64,000 bases of DNA, taken from contig OX597822.1 of the NCBI GenBank assembly GCA_951406725.2, positions 80,104,001-80,168,000 of the forward strand. Reading direction: 5' to 3'. This DNA is from Octopus vulgaris (Eukaryota). The position numbers and the translations under genes were made by a program. Positions 1 to 10,535 of the stretch are shown one piece after another (position 1 is the stretch's first letter; each line of letters opens with the position of its first letter). The notes under the pieces were generated by a model. It ran no database searches and was not told the DNA's origin. It worked only from the letters and a program-made list of their open reading frames with translations.

Positions 1-159
1 CAAATTATCAACAATGGGAAAAATTGCTACTTTTCCCATAAACACCCCACCCTCATGTATACATACATGTATAAATAGACACGGATATATAAATGATAAT
101 ATATGCATAGACATGCAAACACGCCCATACATACACGTATTCATAGATATTTATATATG

Positions 160-451
160 TATGTATGTATGTATATATGTATGTATGTATACGTGCGTGA
201 GTCGTCTAAGATTGTTACCTAGCGCTCCATTGTATTCTTTGCGCGAACCCGATTGGTAAGATTAGCCATGAGGAATATTTAATACAATACTTTTCGGATA
301 ATATATGTGTGTGTGTTTGCGTGCGTGTGTGTATGTATATATATGTGTATATATGTATATATATATATATATATGTGTGTATGTGTGTGTGTGTATGTGT
401 GTGTATGTGTGTTTGCGTGCGTGTGTGTATGTATATATATGTGTGTGTGTG

Positions 452-482
<31 letters not shown>

Positions 483-491
483 ATATATATG

Positions 492-522
<31 letters not shown>

Positions 523-780
523 TGCGAACATCCGTTGGTTTCTTTTATGTCTGTCCTAAAATGCAACGAAGTGTGTTTGAAGACACAATCAGTATATTTA
601 GAGCATGAAGTTTAGAAAATATTTCTTATTCATGTTGAATACACACACACACACACACACACACATTCATGTTGAATACACTCGCACACATACGCGCACA
701 CACATACACACACATATATGTATATGCATACATATACGTATGCAAGTATGTATGTATGTGTCTATGTATGTATGTTTGAA
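160..780. repeat. Compound (TATG)n/(TG)n/(TA)n/(CA)n microsatellite cluster
   Basis: Directly visible di- and tetranucleotide runs; overlapping ORFs are low-complexity translations. Confidence 0.95.
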
Positions 781-1942
781 TGCATTGAGGGAAATGTGTG
801 ACACGGAAAATATTATATACATACTAGACGTGTACCATCTGAACAATTGGTATATGTCGAGAAAGCTCAGGTGAGGCTACGAACTGGATGCTACTGCTGC
901 TGTTACACCTAGAGATATCCTTGACGGGACAAATTTTAATATGATCACGTGATTATCAAATACCCATCACGCTGTAAACTCCATCTCACAAAATCTTTTT
1001 CTTGTTTCTCTAATTTTTTGACGGCCACAAAGTACAAACTAGGTGCACATCACTTTCAACCGAAAGGAAGTGGAACTAATGCTCACTTGAAGCAAGGTTA
1101 TTCGCTAATCCTATCCCTCGTCGCCTATATTGAGTCTTCCCATCCCAAATACTCTGTATTAAAGCTTATTCCAATTCCTTCGTCTCCTGACGTCAAAGCT
1201 CTGGAATTCCCTTTTCCTCTGCAACCCGATTTTGCCTGCTGACGTCATTCTATATTTATTGAAAGTAAACATCGGGCAACCAATCAAAACAGTCTCGATC
1301 ATCATGTACAGGTCATTAGCTCCATATTTTTCACCCTAAGTAAAAGGACAGAACATAATAATAACAGATTCAAACCTGGGAATTATCGTTGCAACTTCCA
1401 TGACCGTAAGAGAACTATTCAACGCAGAATCAACGATACTATACTAATTTGACGGACTTCTATGTCATTTTGACACAGCTGAGGTCTTAGGAAAACGACC
1501 GTCACTTTCGGGCTGCTTGTGTGTAGTGTTACAGTTGAAGATTTCTAGTAGCATCTGCTGTCTGTCCCCATCGCTTCTTTTCCTCCCGCCACTGGACTTG
1601 AAGAAAGTGCGATGATGTTGCTGCCGGTATTTTGGTTTCATGAACGATCTGCATGGTGAATATTTTTATAGCGCGCATGTTTTGTGCAGAGCCAGACAAT
1701 TTCTCTCGTCCTTCAAACTTGTATTGGTGTGGTGCAACAAGTGCCACGTGCCCAGTAGTTATCAGGATGCTGGATTTGTATTGAGTCATCTTCTCTTAGA
1801 TGGACAGCTAAAAGGCTGAAGAGCTAAAAAGCCTGAAAGTCTGACCTGGGTCCGTTGAGGTGTCTATCGGTTACCTTCTTCCAGAAACAAATAAAATCAG
1901 GAAAAAAACAAAACTAATAGAAACGGATTACGTAAAATGATT

Positions 1943-2079
1943 CTTCTCTACTCTAGGCACAATACCCGAAATTTTTAGGGAGGTGGTCGGTCAAGTAGCT
2001 CGACCTCAGTACGCAACTGGTACTTAATTTATCAACCCCGAAAGGATTAAAGGCAAAGTCGACATCGGCGGAATTTGAA
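1943..2079 (-). mobile_element. 5'-truncated SINE (family B) with 16-bp TSD
   Basis: Reverse complement matches the plus-strand copy at 54960-55155 (ttcaaattccgc.gagg..gactttgcc.ttcatcctttcgg..tcgataaattaagtaccagttgc). Flanked by attacgtaaaatgatt (1927-1942) and attacataaaatgatt (2119-2134). Confidence 0.75.
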
Positions 2080-2136
2080 AAGGATGGTTATTCGTTAATC
2101 CTATCCCTCGTCACCTATATTACATAAAATGATTAT

Positions 2137-3000
2137 CACATGGTTTAACATCCTTTATAGGATTCAGATAACCTCGGCTATCCACTGAATTGAATAAGCA
2201 TTTCATGAAAGGACTGCCACATGGTTTAACTCCCTTTGTAGAATCCAGCTATCCTCGAATATTCCATGGATTTTCTTTAGGTCATTGAATAAGCATTTCC
2301 CGCCACCTTCTGGTAGATAAAGTAAGATATTCAATAGATACCGTCACATTTGTGTATTCCTCTAGGCCAAATCTAGCGAATAAAATAGCTGCCTGTAACA
2401 AACAGTAAGAAATTAAATAGTAATAACTGCTGTATCTTTAAATATTCAGTTATCAAATACCTAGGCGTGCTGCAATTAATACATCTCAATCTGATATAAA
2501 CGCTGATAAAAATAATACAGTATCTCTTCATAAGATTAACATTAACCCTAATAAAGTAAATAATGTCTCTTATGATTATAAACTTAATAAAATGTGCAAC
2601 AGCAGGAGCTATGATAAATGCTCTTTGAATAACCGATGTCAGAAGAATAGTTTAATACATAAATGTTCTGATAAAACACGTAATAAAATCCATTATTACA
2701 TAGATACAACAGCTTTCAAATTCAATCTTGGATTAAATAACTATATTCACTCCTTTAACTATAAAAGATAATCACATAGCACCTCATACACTAGTTTCAT
2801 TTGGGATCTGAAGGTAAAATATCGTCAATTCAATTGCATGGTTATTTATAGGTTGATCTACACCCATACAGATGAGATGAGGGTAGCTGTAGTTTATTCT
2901 CAGTAGAGACATTGGAGACCCTCAAATTTAATTACTTAGCGTAATGAATTATTAATCCGTTACTCCCACATGTGTGATAAAATCTTCTTAAAATGTCCAT
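2137..3000 (+). pseudogene. Degenerate Penelope-like element, C-terminal RT linker and GIY-YIG endonuclease region
   Basis: Manual translation across stops and frameshifts gives TWFN, NKHFPP..SKIFNR, CNSRSYDKCSLNNRCQKNSLIHKC, YIDTT, HSFN, FIWDLK, resembling PLE WFNPP/KHFP/KIFNR/CNCR..CPL..C/YIG/IW.LK motifs. Confidence 0.6.
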
Positions 3001-3319
3001 TTAAAAATTCTACATGGTTAACTTACCTTCAACTATTATTAATGATGGTGTTATTGCCCTGTTAACTCTTTCACCTCAAGATATAAAGAAAAGAGGAAAC
3101 ACTCTACATTAATGCAGAATGGCTCAGTAACCCGAAAGAAACTGGTATAAATCATCTGCAAGAAAATATAAAGATAAGCAAGGAATATTTCAATGTGTAA
3201 GTAGGAAGAAGAGCAACTGGAAGATGATGTGATGAGTTGGTGGACTTGTTACACTCTTAGCTCAAATCCTGTCAAGGACGGATAAATAAATATCAGTTGA
3301 ACATTGGAATAGATGTAAT

Positions 3320-3623
3320 TTGTGGAGGCACATGGCCTAGTGGTTAGAGCAGTGGACTCGCGGTCGAGGGATCGCGGATTCGAATCTCAGCCTGGGTGGT
3401 GTGTGTGTTTATGAGCGAAACACCTAAGCTCCACGCGGCTCCGGCAGAAAGTAATGGCGAACTTCTGCTGACTCTTTCGCCACAACTTTCTCTCACTCTT
3501 TCCTCCTGCATCTTGCAGCTCACCTGCGACGGACCGGCGTCCCGTCCAGGTGGGGAACCTATACGCCAAGGAAACCGGGAAACCGGCCCTTATGAGCCAG
3601 GCATGGTTCGAGAAGGAACAAAC
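3320..3623 (+). mobile_element. tRNA-derived SINE (V-domain-like core) nested in an older family-B SINE (approx. 3255-3685)
   Basis: A box tggcctagtgg, B box ggattcgaatc, core cctgcgacggaccggcgtcccgtccagg; exact 11-bp TSD atagatgtaat at 3309-3319 and 3624-3634. Confidence 0.85.
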
Positions 3624-4436
3624 ATAGATGTAATCTCCCTCCCAGCCACATTTCAGGCCTTGTGCCTATAGTAGAAAGAAATTTTATCCTCGCTGGCTGC
3701 TCCTACACTTTCTGTCTCCTCTAACTCAGCAAACGCGGTGGTGTACCTGGTGGCCTACACATCTGGCAGTGGGTAGATGAAACATCACCTGACAAGTATA
3801 TACAAACACACGTGCGCGCATACACGCGCAGATATGCTCACTTGTACAAGCACACACAAATATATATACACATGTGTACGAACACATACACATACTCAAA
3901 TGTACCAACATGCACATATACACACATGTACAAAAAAGTATACACACGTTTGTTAACTAAAGCGCCTTCACAGCATCTGTGCTGTTAAATTATTAATGAG
4001 TTTACATGCATTCTTTTAATAAATGTATATTTAATCTCGCGATATATCTAGATGTCTCGGTATTTAAGTTAATTAATACGTGTCACTAAGAAATGTACAG
4101 ATAAGTAAATGAATAAAATCCGTCCTCGTGAACCACAACATTTCTCATTACTGTTTGTGGACGACTGTAGAATATGCAGCGTAGACATTCCTGATGAACG
4201 CCGACAACAATAAGCGACACAAGTCTAGGTTAGTCCAGTTCGGTTAGTTCAGCAGGAAAATGATTGTGCGGTTTTAAACACCGAATTAACTTACATAGTG
4301 ATGCTGTTTATTAAATATACGCATATAAATGACCAAGACTAGGCCTTGACCAAGTTTTGACCAAGTCGGAGCAAGGTTGTTTATGGTGAATCAGCAATCA
4401 AACAGACAGACAGACACACACACACACACTCTTATA

Positions 4437-4512
4437 CCGACCAAAGACTTGTAAGTAGATTTGGTAGACAGAAACTGAAACAGGCCCGTCGTATATATAT
4501 ATATATATATAT

Positions 4513-4565
<53 letters not shown>

Positions 4566-4669
4566 AATCAATTTAGGGTAGCAAAAAATTCAATAGAAAT
4601 TTATCGCTACCAGCGGTCTAGTGGGAAAGAGAAAATAGTCAAAGACTATATATATAAATTCAACAACAG

Positions 4670-4723
<54 letters not shown>

Positions 4724-4940
4724 GTGTGTGTGTGTGTGTTAGTGGGTCTGTGTTTGTGCCCCCAACATCGCTTGGCAACCGATGCTGGTGTTTTTACGTC
4801 CCCGTAACTTAGCGGTTCTGCAAAAAAAAAACGATAGAATAAGTACTAGGCTTACAAAAATTAAATCCTGGTGTCGATTTGCTCGACTAAAGGTGGTGCT
4901 CCAGCATGGCCGTATTCAAATCACTGAAACAAGTAAAAGA
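4437..4940 (+). mobile_element. SINE family A, 5'-truncated, with internal (TA)n/(TG)n tract
   Basis: Matches the copies at 7755, 50712, 52022 and 62595; tail ggtggtgctccagcatggccgtattcaaatcactgaaacaagtaaaag. Confidence 0.8.
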
Positions 4941-4944
4941 AGTT

Positions 4945-5270
4945 TGAAAGGTGTACACGTACCAAACTATGCCATACTGCGAACAGACAGAAGGGAAAGG
5001 AGCCATGGTGGAGTTGCTGTATACATCCGGGATGACCTCACACTCCAGGTCTTACTGACATACTCAAATTCGATATGTGACACTTTAATTGTATACATAA
5101 AACAACATAATATAGTCATATGCAAATACATATTGCCCACCGGACGCTCCAAACCACATAGGCAAGTTTGAAGATTGCCTCACAAGAATTAAAAAAATCC
5201 TCATGAATCTGGAACACAACGTGACCATATTTCTTATGGGTGATTTCAACTTCCCCAAGGTGTTTAAAAG
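4945..5270 (+). pseudogene. Older fragment of the CR1/L2-group LINE (APE endonuclease domain)
   Basis: PNYAILRTDRRERSHGGVAVYIRDDLTLQVLLTYSNSICDTLIVYIKQ..MGDFNFP aligns to the ORF at 27650-28768. Confidence 0.85.
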
Positions 5271-5329
5271 GTAAAAATGGTCAAGGGACATAACTTCAAT
5301 AAGATCGAAACTTTTCAAAGAATATCGAT

Positions 5330-5646
5330 TGTGTAGGCGCAGGTGAGGTTGTGTAGTGAGAGCTTGCTTCCCAGCCACAAGGTTCAGGTTTCAGTCCCAC
5401 TGCGTAGCACACAGGCACATAGCTACGAGGGGTGAGGAGCTATGGGGTGTTAATCACCCCTCCAGTTATAATCTCAGCCCCTCCACCCAAGTATGAGAAT
5501 TTGTTTCATCCACTTCGATGGATAAGTACCGAGCTTTAAACTAAGTAAGTTCTGTGGTCGAATGGTTTGACTAAAAATTCTTCAAGGCGGTGTCCCTGCA
5601 TGGCCGCAGTCTAATGGGTGAAATTAGCAAAAGATAAAAGATAAAA
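5330..5646 (+). mobile_element. Chimeric/diverged SINE family A between 47-bp direct repeats
   Basis: Family A head and tail with a replaced middle; direct repeats at 5283-5329 and 5647-5693. Confidence 0.65.
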
Positions 5647-5696
5647 AAGGGACATAACTCCAATAAGATCGAAACTTTTCAAACAATATCGATAAT

Positions 5697-5896
5697 ACAG
5701 TTCTATATTTAAGAGATGAGGAATTATGCACATTATTTACATTATGTACATTATTTACATTATTTACATTTGAAGGATATTTGTCCTCATCTTGTTTCTT
5801 GTTAGCACAACGTTTCGGTTGATGAACTCTCCAGTCATCATCAGGTGTATTGGGGAAATTTCGATCCTGGGTTCTCATTCCTAAGGCCTTTTTCGA

Positions 5897-5941
<45 letters not shown>

Positions 5942-6245
5942 CATTATTATTATCATTATTCACTACGCCATATGCCCGTGGGTGTAGTCGTTAAGAGCGC
6001 GGGCTACTAACCCCAAGATTCCGAGTTAGATTCCAGACAGTAACCTGAATAATAATAATAACAACAACAACAAGAACAACAACGACAACATCGAAAAATT
6101 CCTTAGGAATGAGAACCCAGGTTCGAAATTTCCACCAAGACACCTGATGAAGTCTGGAGGGTATATCAACCGAAATGTGGTGCTAACAACAAACAAGATG
6201 AGGACAAATATCCATCAAATGTAAATAATGTAAATAATGTATACA
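5697..6245. mobile_element. Inverted pair of a tRNA-headed repeat carrying a minimal hammerhead-like motif
   Basis: 5740-5900 is the reverse complement of 6087-6243; tRNA-like head at 5973-6050 (gtgtagtcgttaagagcgcgggctactaaccccaagattccgagttagattcc); CTGATGA...GAAA cores at 6144-6175 (+) and 5812-5844 (-). Confidence 0.7.
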
Positions 6246-6379
6246 TCGATAATGTTGACGAGAGTTGATTTGGGATTTGTTTAAAGCCAGTTGATGAAAG
6301 GAATCCATGTTAGAGCTGGCGTAATGAAACGAAAAGCAACGAAGTGAAACGTAGAATATCTAATACACACACATATCTA

Positions 6380-6650
6380 AATAAACCGGGTGTAAGGTCG
6401 TAAGATCGATCACCAATGGCGCGTTATATCCTTGAGCAAGTCTTTTATTCCTCCTTGCATCAGTCCATTCAGTTGACAAAAATGAATTGAACCTGTGATT
6501 CGAAGGGTCAGCCCCGTTACATTCTGTGTCACACTGAATATGAATATTCCAGAGAACTGCGTTATGCATACGCCTGTCTGTGGTATATTCAGCCATTTGC
6601 ACGCTAATTTCATTAGCAGACTGTTCGATTGATCGGATCAAATAGCGTAC
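6380..6650 (+). mobile_element. Old SINE-like repeat (CORE-like ccttgagcaagtc); probable related minus copy at ~8340-8480
   Basis: CORE-like motif and weak similarity between the two copies, by eye only. Confidence 0.4.
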
Positions 6651-6659
6651 CAGTTTAAA

Positions 6660-7755
6660 TGTGCGTGTGTATGCGTGTGTCTATGTGTGTGCGCGCACGT
6701 GTGTGTGTGCGTATGTGTGCGTGCACACGAGAATGTAGAAGTCTGTGTGTGTTTGAATGTGTATATGCGTATGTGCGTGTGGTGATCATGCGTTCACGTG
6801 CGTGTGTGCGCATGTGCGAATGTGTGTTTTAATTTTTGTGCGTAGATGTGTGTATTTGAATGCATGTGTATGTGCATGTGGGGGTGTATATGTGGCGGGG
6901 GGGAGTGCTAGCCGTATGTATGTGTGTGCGTGGGAATGACTGCGTTTATATGTATGTGTATATGTGTACGTATGAATGTACGTGTGTTTGAACGTGTGCA
7001 TATGTATATGAGTGGTGAACGTGTGTGTGTGTGTGTGTGTGCGCGTGAAATGTCTGATATATGTTTGTGATAAATGTGGTGTACACGCCTGTGTTATGTA
7101 TGTGATTTGGTGTGTGTCTGCGTGTGTGATGTGTGTATATGTGTATGTGTGTGTGTGCGTGCGCGTGTGCGTGTATATGTGTGTGAGTGTGTGTGTGAGT
7201 ATGCATGTGTGGATGTGAGTGCATGTATGTGTGTGTGTATGTGAGTGCGTGTATGTGAGTGTATGTGTGTGTGTGCATATGATCAGCGGGTGACACGTGT
7301 GGCCAATGTGTGTGAGTGTGCGTGTGTGTGTATGTGTGTGTATATGTGTATGTGTGAGATGTGAGAGTGTGATGCATCCATGGGATGAACATGTATGATG
7401 TGTCTGCTCGCGCGCGCGCGTGCATTTGTGTGCATAATTTGTGCATGATGTTTATGTGTGTCTGTACATGTGTATATTGATGTGTGTGAGTGTGGTATGA
7501 ATGCGATTGAATGTGTAACGTGTGTGTGTGTTTGTGAGATGTGCATTGTGTGTGCTATGCATGTAATATGTGCCGTGTCTTTGTTTTTGTGTGATGCGTG
7601 TTTATGAAATGTGTGTGTGTGTGTATGCACATGTGTGTATGTGTGTGCGTGTGATGTGTGTATTTGCTGTATGAATGCGATGTGAATGTGTGACCTGTGG
7701 GGCTTTTGTGTGTGTGTTTGTCAGATGTGTGTTGTGTGCGCTCTCTCTCTCTCTC
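6660..7755. repeat. Degenerate (GT)n-rich tract ending in (CT)n
   Basis: About 1.1 kb of interrupted GT/AT dinucleotide repeats. Confidence 0.9.
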
Positions 7756-8148
7756 TTTTACTTGTTTCAGTCATTTGACTGCGGCCATGGTGGAGCACCG
7801 CCTTTAGTCGAGCAAATCGACCCCAGGACTTATTCTTTGTAAGCCTAGTACTTATTCTATCAGTCTCTTTTGCCGAACCGCTAAGTTACGTGGACAAGAA
7901 CACACCAGCATCGGTTGTCAAGCGATGTTGGGGCGACAAACACAGACACACAAACACACACATATATATATATATACATATACACGACAGGCTTCTTTTC
8001 AGTTTCCATCTACCAAATCCACTCACAAGGCTTTGGTCGGCCCGAGGCTATAGTCAATGACACTTGCCCAAAGTGCCACGCAGTGGGACTGAACCCGGAA
8101 CCATGTGGTTGGTAAGCAAGCATTTTACCACACAGCCACTCCTGCGCT
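7755..8148 (-). mobile_element. Full-length tRNA-derived SINE family A
   Basis: Head gcgcaggagtggctgtgtggtaa...ggttccgggttcagtcccactgcgtggcac (A/B boxes), internal (TA)(TG) tract, LINE-like tail. Confidence 0.88.
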
Positions 8149-9320
8149 TATATATATATATATATATAGGAAGAGAGAGACAGAGAGAGAGGGGAAGAGA
8201 GAGAGAGGAGAGAGTGCGAGAAAGTGTTGTGTGTGTGTGTGTGTGTATGTGTGCGTGTGTGTGTGCGAGTGTGTGTGTGTATGTATTGCTTGATTATCCG
8301 TCGCTTTCGAGGATAATTTCTCAGTAATTTCCTCAATTGAATTATCTTTTCATTGTGAGTAAGTAGCTGAGTATTCCGCAGTATGTGTACCCTTAACGTA
8401 ACACTCAAGCAAAGTCAGCATGACACAAATGTCTGAAAAGATCGCACTATTTGAAATACGGTTACAATACACTCGATGGGGCTCTATACAGTTTCCGCTC
8501 TGCAAGTGACCAGTAAGCTGTAGGTTTTATATTAGAATGGTCCTCTAGGTAAATTGCCCTGGACATGCCGATAGGATGTCAAAAGGGTCACTGGTTCACC
8601 TTAGGGACTCCACTCTTTAATCTGCTGTTGAAATGGGTTCTCCTGGCCTTTACCTTTCCCAAGGCACTCGAGACAATGCTTGTTGTTTCTTCCGTATCAG
8701 GTTAATTAACCTATAGCTGGGGCCTCGATACGTGCTGCTACTCTGGGTCAGAGTAGGTCTGGCCATAAAAGTGACTACGAAGCGGTTCCACACTCCTCAA
8801 AAACTCAGCCACCTCCGAACCAAAGCCCTACTACCGGATGCAACTTAAAATCTTACCCCCGCCTATTTGCAGCATAGTCAACGGTAAAACCTACACGTGG
8901 TCGCTCGGTGTGCTTGATGTAGCAGCCATATCCCCGTCGAACCAGGTCCTACTGCTTTGGGAAAGGGAGAAGCAATATAGATAATATAGTCCGAGATATA
9001 CCTACAAAGACGGGATGGTCATTTCTAGACTGACGTTTTATTATAAGTTTCATAGATTATGGCTGCCCCGGCTTTATAAAACAACAAAAAACTCCTTTCT
9101 ATTAAAATTCCGAACTGTTCTACTTAGAGCTATTTCGAACTCGGCACCACACGGTAACCAAACACTGGCTGATTATGCAATGTCATTGATAATCAAAGCG
9201 ACGAGCTGTTTTACCCTGTGATTCACATTATAGAATCATCCTCTCGTACATTGTGGATCGTGCTTATTAAAGGGACGGTCATTTTTTTTATAGTAGTTAA
9301 AACAACCGAGTAGCGCCTAA

Positions 9321-10535
9321 GATATTATTCTGTCGGAGTCGGACGTTATTTTTGAATTCATTGAGTGTTAATCTTTGTTAAACGTTTTGTTGCACGGTTT
9401 TTGGCTTTTGTCTGTCTGTATTGAGACAGACAAGGAAGAAGTGGGCTGCCCCTCCCTAAAGGAGAGATGGCCAGAACACATGTGTATGATAGTGTGTCGG
9501 AATTATCGACTTCGGAAGAGGAACTGGAGAACGCGATAAAGAAGATGGATAAGAAATTAAGCAAGACATACGTGGGAGCGACAAGAAAGGAGGAAAGAGA
9601 GATAGATTTGGCCAAATTGCCAACTTATAAGGAATTTATCAAAAAGGTCGGTGGGGAAGTGGAGTTGACACCGCCACAAAAACGAAAAGAGTGGCATGAA
9701 AGAAGGACAATTACATACAGGGTTTATGCCAACGGAACAAAGAAGATAGAAGTCGTCGAAATGGAAACAATAGAAGACGCTTTAAAAAGAACGGAGGAAG
9801 ACCTAGTGTTCGTGGCAAGAGGAATAAATTTCGGTACCGTGGGTGGAGGGCAGAGCACCACGCTGTTACAAGTGTGGACTGAAAGGTCATATAAGAGCTA
9901 ACTGCCCCCTCCCCCCATCAAAAGAAATTGATGCAGAACCTCAAAAAGAGGTAGAGGCCAACGAGGAGGAAGAAGAGAAATTAGCAACGGAAGAGGAGGT
10001 ACATAAAGAATGGGAAGAAGACAAAAGGAGAAAGAGAAGGGGAAAAATTAATAGTGGTGAACCCCAAACCACCCCAACACCACCCACTCCCATTGAGACC
10101 CTTCCCCTGCAGACAGTGAACTCACCCGCTCCCCACCAACAAGAAAACAAAAAAAAAAAAAAACAGACAAAATACCGAAAAAGAACCCCAGCCCAATTTT
10201 CTATTTGTTACGAGGAGAAAAGACGCAAAAGAGATGTTGAAAGACTATCAATGGTGTGACAGGGACAGCGATACGTGCGCTTTAATCGCGGATGAATGTT
10301 TAGAATTAAATGGGGGGAAAAAAGAGACAATTACGGAATTGGAAAAGAGATTTGAGAAGAAAATAGAGAATAATGTGTATTGTATTTCGGACAGGTAAGT
10401 GATGCTAGCGGATGAGGCCGTTAGTATCGCTTTCATCTATCATTTTCATTTTTTCATACACGTAATTGTGATGTTTTATGTTCCCAATGTTCTGTATATT
10501 CTATGTTCGCCCCTTGTGGGTAATAAAGAAATCAA
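9321..10535 (+). mobile_element. Non-autonomous ORF1-only Tx1/L1-clade retroelement with 27-bp TSD
   Basis: TSD tagttaaaacaaccgag(t/c)agcgcctaa at 9294-9320 and 10536-10562; gag-like ORF1 with CCHC knuckle; aataaa near the 3' end; no RT or endonuclease. Confidence 0.85.
9467..10398 (+). pseudogene. Frameshifted, internally deleted ORF1 (nucleic-acid-binding, CX2CX4HX4C zinc knuckle)
   Basis: RRTITYRVY..KKIE..VFVARGINFGTV resembles KRTIIFKSY..KKIE..IDYVTWGRKFATI, and VEGRAPRCYKCGLKGHIRANCP resembles VEGRKLRCYGCGEIGHIRMECP, of the ORF1 at 24815-26352; stop TAA at 10396-10398. Confidence 0.8.

Noticed and set aside
3324-3395. tRNA gene (also 5973-6050)
   Set aside because: Continuous with SINE bodies (TSD at 3309/3624); acceptor stems and terminators not intact.
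4185-4230. ctgatga motifs at ~4190, ~47910 and ~57729 as hammerheads
   Set aside because: No downstream GAAA with compatible stems; may be chance or fully decayed.
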